DNA of 63,990 nucleotides, counting the filler, from Folioceros fuciformis (taxonomy: Eukaryota), in the NCBI GenBank assembly GCA_049999805.1. It is 11 parts of 11 records of this genome, joined end to end, with 100 filler letters (N's around TTAATTAATTAA, not from the genome) between each part and the next. Parts side by side here need not be neighbours in the genome. Positions count along the whole stretch, not along the records: positions 59,185 to 61,332 come from JBNGIO010004648.1; positions 61,433 to 63,990 come from JBNGIO010004649.1; 9 more parts are not named here. One strand, given 5' to 3'. Position numbers and translations under genes: made by a program. The notes beneath the pieces are model-generated. The model was not told the DNA's origin and ran no database searches. It saw only the letters and a list, made by a program, of their open reading frames with translations. The stretch's first letter is position 1. Each line of letters begins with the position of its first letter. Below, one piece after another: positions 59,185 through 63,990 of the stretch.

Positions 59185-61275
59185 AACCGCAAGCCAGAAA
59201 AAGGAATTAAAGCCTTGTTTGAATTTAAGCTGGCAGAGAAAGAACCAACATCAGTTGCTAAATTCCTGCGGACTACTCCAGGGCTAGACAAGGTAGCAGC
59301 TTGGGGTCCCGTTCCTATCCTTCTGGAACATAGGGTACGGTACTGTGGGGCTTTTCCAGCCTCTGAATCTCTTTGCACAGTGAATTAGAACTGTGGTTTA
59401 CTTGTTGAGTTCCCTGTGGCAGGTTATGATTGGTGATTACCTTGGACAGCATGAGCCGTTTCAGCTCTCAGTCATGCATGCTTACATTGATCAGTTCAAT
59501 TTTGCTGGCATGGCGTTTGATCAAGCAATACGGGAGCTCTTAAATGGATTCAGGCTTCCTGGGGAAGCTCAGAAGATTGACCGGATTATGGAGAAATTCG
59601 CAGAACGGTGAAAACATGACTGGCCTTCTCTGTCTTTCATGCACACTGTTCCAAGAAAGCCCTTTCAGACCCACATTACAGTTGGTTGCCGAACTGTTCA
59701 CAAAGAGGGACGTATGTGGAGAGCTGGGATCTGTTGCAAGCATAATAAGGTTTGCACAAGGCTAACGCACAGTATGCAACAGGTTCTGCAACACGAATCC
59801 AGGCCTATTCAAGAATGCTGACACTGCCTATGTGCTGGCCTACGCTGTTATCATGCTCAACACAGATGCTCATAATCCTATGGTTAAGGAAAAGATGTCC
59901 AAGGCTGACTTCGTTAAAATCAACTCTGGCCAGCCAGGTGACCAGGAAGAACATGCCCCAAGAGAACTGTTAGAAGGCATCTACGACTCCATTGTCAAGG
60001 ATGAGATCAAACTGAAAGGTGATACTGTAAAGAATGTAGCGAAGAGAAAGGATCTGGAGGAGAAAAGCAGGCTTGTCAGTGTGCTGAAACTTCGACAACC
60101 AAAGAAGAGAGCTGTTGATACTAAAGTGGAAGGTGAGCGTATTGTGCAGAACACCCAGGACCTATTGAAGAAAGGAGGGATGAAGAGGGGTGTTTTTCAT
60201 GTTGCGAAGCAGCTGGAGCTTGCTCGCCCTATGCTGGAGGCTATTGGTTGGCCGTTGTTGGCGACTTTTTCCGCATTAATGGAAAAAAGCACCTATCATT
60301 TGCAAATCTCTTTGTGTCTGGAAGGTTTTCAAATGGGTGTACATCTCACTAAAGTGCTCGCCATGGATGCCATGCGATGTGCCATCTTAGCCACTTTAAT
60401 AAGGTTGGCAATTTGAGCTCCGCAGGTTTGGGTGGCCTTTGAGAATTTCACAAAATTCCACTTCCACTCCAGTTGGCTTTGCAGCAAAATGTGGAACATG
60501 AGATCTAGTTTTCACCCCGGAGTTTTCTGCTCTACGTTCTTGCAGATTCACTCATATGCACTCTCCGGAAGAAGTGTCTGCAAAGAGCATACAAGCATTG
60601 AAGACGTTGCTGGAGGTCATTGAGAATGAGCCAGATGCTTTGCAAGATACATGGACCAACCTTCTAGAATGTGTGTCGAGGTTGGAGTGCCTTGCAACAG
60701 CTCCATCCACGTCGCTTAACCTCTTGCATGGAAACCCAGCACTCTTGCAATCATTAGTGGAACTGACAGGAAGACCTACAGAACAAGTATTTGTAAAAAG
60801 TGCTAGCCTACCTAGTGACATGATAGTGGAGTTCTTCACTGCTCTTTGTTGTGCCTCATCCGACGAATTGCAACAATCTCCGCCTCGCGTCTTCAGTTTG
60901 CAGAAGCTCGTCGAAATAAGCTACTACAACATGTCCCGCATTAGGATGGTGAGTGACGGTTGTTATCTTGGCAGTTGCGAGGAGGGACGAGGCAATTTGC
61001 CTCAAAACATTGCTGATAGCCTCAGTATTGCACAGGTGTGGGCCAAAATATGGGGTGTATTGGCGCAGCATTTTGTTGCTGCCGGGAGCCACGAGGATGA
61101 GCAGATTGCCATGTACTCCATAGATGCATTGAGGCAGCTTGCCATCAAGTATCTGGAACGATCAGAACTCGCGAATTTCAGCTTCCAGAATGACATACTG
61201 AAGCCTTTCGTAATATTGATGAGGAACAGCAGGAACGTAGCAATCCGTGCTCTCATCGTGGACTGTATTGTGCAG
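59185..61275 (+). CDS. BIG5: Partial BIG-family ARF guanine-nucleotide exchange factor (Sec7 + HDS region), BIG5/MIN7-like
   Basis: Exons about 59185-59292, 59423-59607, 59783-60403, 60546-60948 and 61036-61275; [55 protein letters not shown]. Confidence 0.9.
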
Positions 61276-61635
61276 GTGAGTACTGAAAGTCGAAGACTAT
61301 TTTGAATTGTCCAACTGATGTATGCACCACCTNNNNNNNNNNNNNNNNNNNNNNNNNNNNNNNNNNNNNNNNNNNNTTAATTAATTAANNNNNNNNNNNN
61401 NNNNNNNNNNNNNNNNNNNNNNNNNNNNNNNNGATCCATATCTAGGCTGTCTATGTGATTAGATGCTGTACAAAGGATGAGATAGGGTTCTCAACGTAAT
61501 CTGGTGTGCATTCTAGGATACACACTACACTATGTTGAATCACCTATCTCCTCTTCTGCATAGCACAGTTAGCCTAGAGTTTATGGGACAACATTAAGTC
61601 AAAATCTCAATGTTGGTCCTACAAGTTAAGCAGGT

Positions 61636-62220
61636 ATGACGCGTAGGTCTAGAAACAGGTTTCATGTTCCTTTCGTAAGGGAGTCCGTAGTTGATTTGCT
61701 TGCTGTCAGGAACAGCCGCCTTGAAGATCCTCACAGGAGAATCCCTAGACAGAATCCACGCACTCCACCTTTCTCAATTGCGTCTAGGCAATTGGATCTT
61801 GTTGAGCATCTGGATTTGCGTCTCTGCAACTACCACGCAGCACAACGCATAAATCAGTCACAAGGATTTGCGTTGCACCCAAGGAGTGAATACCTGTCAG
61901 ATGCCGATGAGGATCTGATTTTGGATGATTCCTTTTCTGCCCTTGAATATCGCCTTCGCGATACACAGGTGTTGCTTTTCAGAACAGGATCTGATCTCAA
62001 CCTGCAATTGGACTCGGCAATTGCACAAATTATAGCCCTTACAGAGAATCTGCGCCTTCAATCTGAAGCAATTAGGGTGCAGACCGAGATAACTGCGAGG
62101 ACTGCAAATTTCCTTAGAGTTCCGGAACAAGGACATTCAACGGTTGCCCCCAATTCTGCACTTTATTTACCGGTGCTGACAAATGCGTCGCGTGAACGTG
62201 CGGCTTCAGAGGCGGCTTGA
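61636..62220 (+). CDS. Extra ORF upstream of Copia gag (194 aa, Arg-rich N-terminus, heptad-like C-terminus)
   Basis: MTRRSRNR..LNLQLDSAIAQIIALTENLRLQSEAI; ends about 430 bp before gag. Confidence 0.5.
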   Translation: MTRRSRNRFHVPFVRESVVDLLAVRNSRLEDPHRRIPRQNPRTPPFSIASRQLDLVEHLDLRLCNYHAAQRINQSQGFALHPRSEYLSDADEDLILDDSFSALEYRLRDTQVLLFRTGSDLNLQLDSAIAQIIALTENLRLQSEAIRVQTEITARTANFLRVPEQGHSTVAPNSALYLPVLTNASRERAASEAA

Positions 62221-62647
62221 TCTGCCCATAGCGCTGCCTGCATCGATTCTGGTAGGTGCTATCTTGTTCCTCCAGGCACAGCAGGCATGGCCGGCGTCGC
62301 GCGAGCGGCTCTCCGCCAGACTTCAGCAGGCGCGGGTACCTGGGTTAACGGTTGGTCTTGGTTGACACCTGTCATGAAATCCAACGTGTCAGCAACTTTT
62401 CAGGTTATGATGTATCGGTTCATATCTAACCCTAATGCTTGGTGGTCGAAACGGTGTGTACCTTTTAGTTGACGTCGTTTCGTATTACCACATGTCTTTT
62501 GGTCTTCGCTCATTGTTTGGTGATTCAGATTCAGACAGTGACGTAGACGAGGACTTAGCCACTGAGCAGACTTTCCTTCAGTCTCTACAAGCCTTGTTTC
62601 CTGCATTCAATCCACCATCATATTTGGCAGTGCCTCCATCTGTCAGC

Positions 62648-63990
62648 ATGGGGACAGTAGCCCAAGGTGGTAGTTTTACAGGCGAATTCAAAGAGAAAGA
62701 CCGGTTTGACGGCAAGCCTGTGAACTACAAAAGCTGGCGGGCTCGAATGAAGGCTAACCTGAACGCTCGAGATTTGTGGGACTACGTGGATGGCTCCATC
62801 GCTAATCCTCACAAAGTCCCAGCCACTGCTATTGTGCAGCCCACTGCGGATGAGATAGCTAAGTGGGATAAAGGAAACAAGGTGGCTTTCGCTGTTCTCC
62901 TGTCAGGCCTGGATGCCACCACTGTGACAGAGGTCGAATTCCTGGAAACAGCTGAGGATATCTGGAATCAACTCAGAGATACTTACAAAGTTCAAAATGT
63001 GTACACTTTGATGACTGTTCGGAGTGACTTCCACTCTATCCGGATGCGGGAAGGGGATCCTGTTGGTCGTGCTGTTACCAAGCTGAGGCTGCTGTGAGCT
63101 CAACTATCTGCGCTAGGAGCCAAGATTAGCGAGGTTGAAATGGTGGCCCAACTGTTCACCGCCCTCCCTCCATCCTACCAGACCTTCATTTCTGGACAGA
63201 ATGCAGCACTTTCTGCTGCTTATGCTGCTGCGGCTGCCAATCAACCTTACGCTCTCAACCTCAACTCTGTGGTCGGGGCTCTCCTGCAAGAGGAGGCCAG
63301 TAGACACAAGCCAGGTCAGAGCACTCGCTCACGAGGTGAGAAGGTGTTATTTGCAGCCGAGGGCAAGTCGTTTGCGAAGGGAAGGGGGAAAGAAAAAAAA
63401 CAAGACTAACCAGCAGATGCTTGGAGGTTTCACGTCTTCAACTCCCTCCAGCAAACGACAAGGCACCTGCAATTGGTGTCAGATTCCCGGTCATTGGGAG
63501 CGGGACTGTCGGAAGAAAAAGGCTGGTGACCCAAAGAAGGAGCTTTGTCCGGAGGCACATGTTGCTGCCAAAGACAAGTCACCTACCTCTCACAAAAGCA
63601 GATCGACCGTCTTGACAGTAACCAGTTTTTGCTTGACGTCTTCTGCTGATTTGTCTACTGCCTGGTTCATAGACTCAGGTGCTACGTCTCATGTGTGTAA
63701 CAACAAGGATTTGTTTGCTACACTTACCACAAGAGTGTCACCACAGTCAGTGTATGTGGGGGACGCAAGAGACATAGTTGTGAAGGGGGTGGGTACAGTA
63801 TCTGTTACCTTGGCTAATGATGCTGAAATCCTTCTTGAGAATGTCCTGTATGTTCCTGCCATGTCCAAGAATTTGCTTTCTGTTCATGCAGCCACTCAGT
63901 TTGGTCGCTATGGCTTTACATTTGAGCAGGGTCATTGTTGTCTTTATGACCTGTCCAGATCTGGTACATGCATAGCAAGAGGTCAGTTAG
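62648..63990 (+). mobile_element. Ty1/copia gag-protease, same lineage as 13538-17260, degenerate
   Basis: KEKDRFDGK..WRARMKA, TGA at 63095, CNWCQIPGHWERDCRKKKA, WFIDSGATSHVC, NVLYVPAMSKNLLSV. Confidence 0.92.

Overview
Eukaryotic nuclear DNA from a seed-free land plant, most likely a hornwort (Anthoceros-like), judged from DYW:KP, PG-WW and LL-motif PLS-PPR genes and short introns. The window is about 11 unrelated contigs joined by an artificial 100-bp N44-TTAATTAATTAA-N44 linker. It contains: (1) four PLS-class PPR RNA-editing-factor loci. One is an intact DYW:KP (U-to-C type) gene with a tandem pseudogene, both carrying an N-terminal OSB-type 'PDF' motif; the other two are a divergent pair of E/E+ PPRs. 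(2) A Chz1/HIRIP3-like histone chaperone, TFIIF-beta, a partial BIG5-like ARF-GEF, and two tandem alpha2delta/CACHD1-like VWA-dCache genes that keep the amino-acid-binding motif. (3) A decayed prokaryote-type N4/N6 DNA methyltransferase fragment cut by a Copia insertion. (4) A CRE-type non-LTR element, several Ty1/copia elements (some with an extra ORF between the PBS and gag), and many minisatellites. All family assignments come from motif recognition, not database searches.
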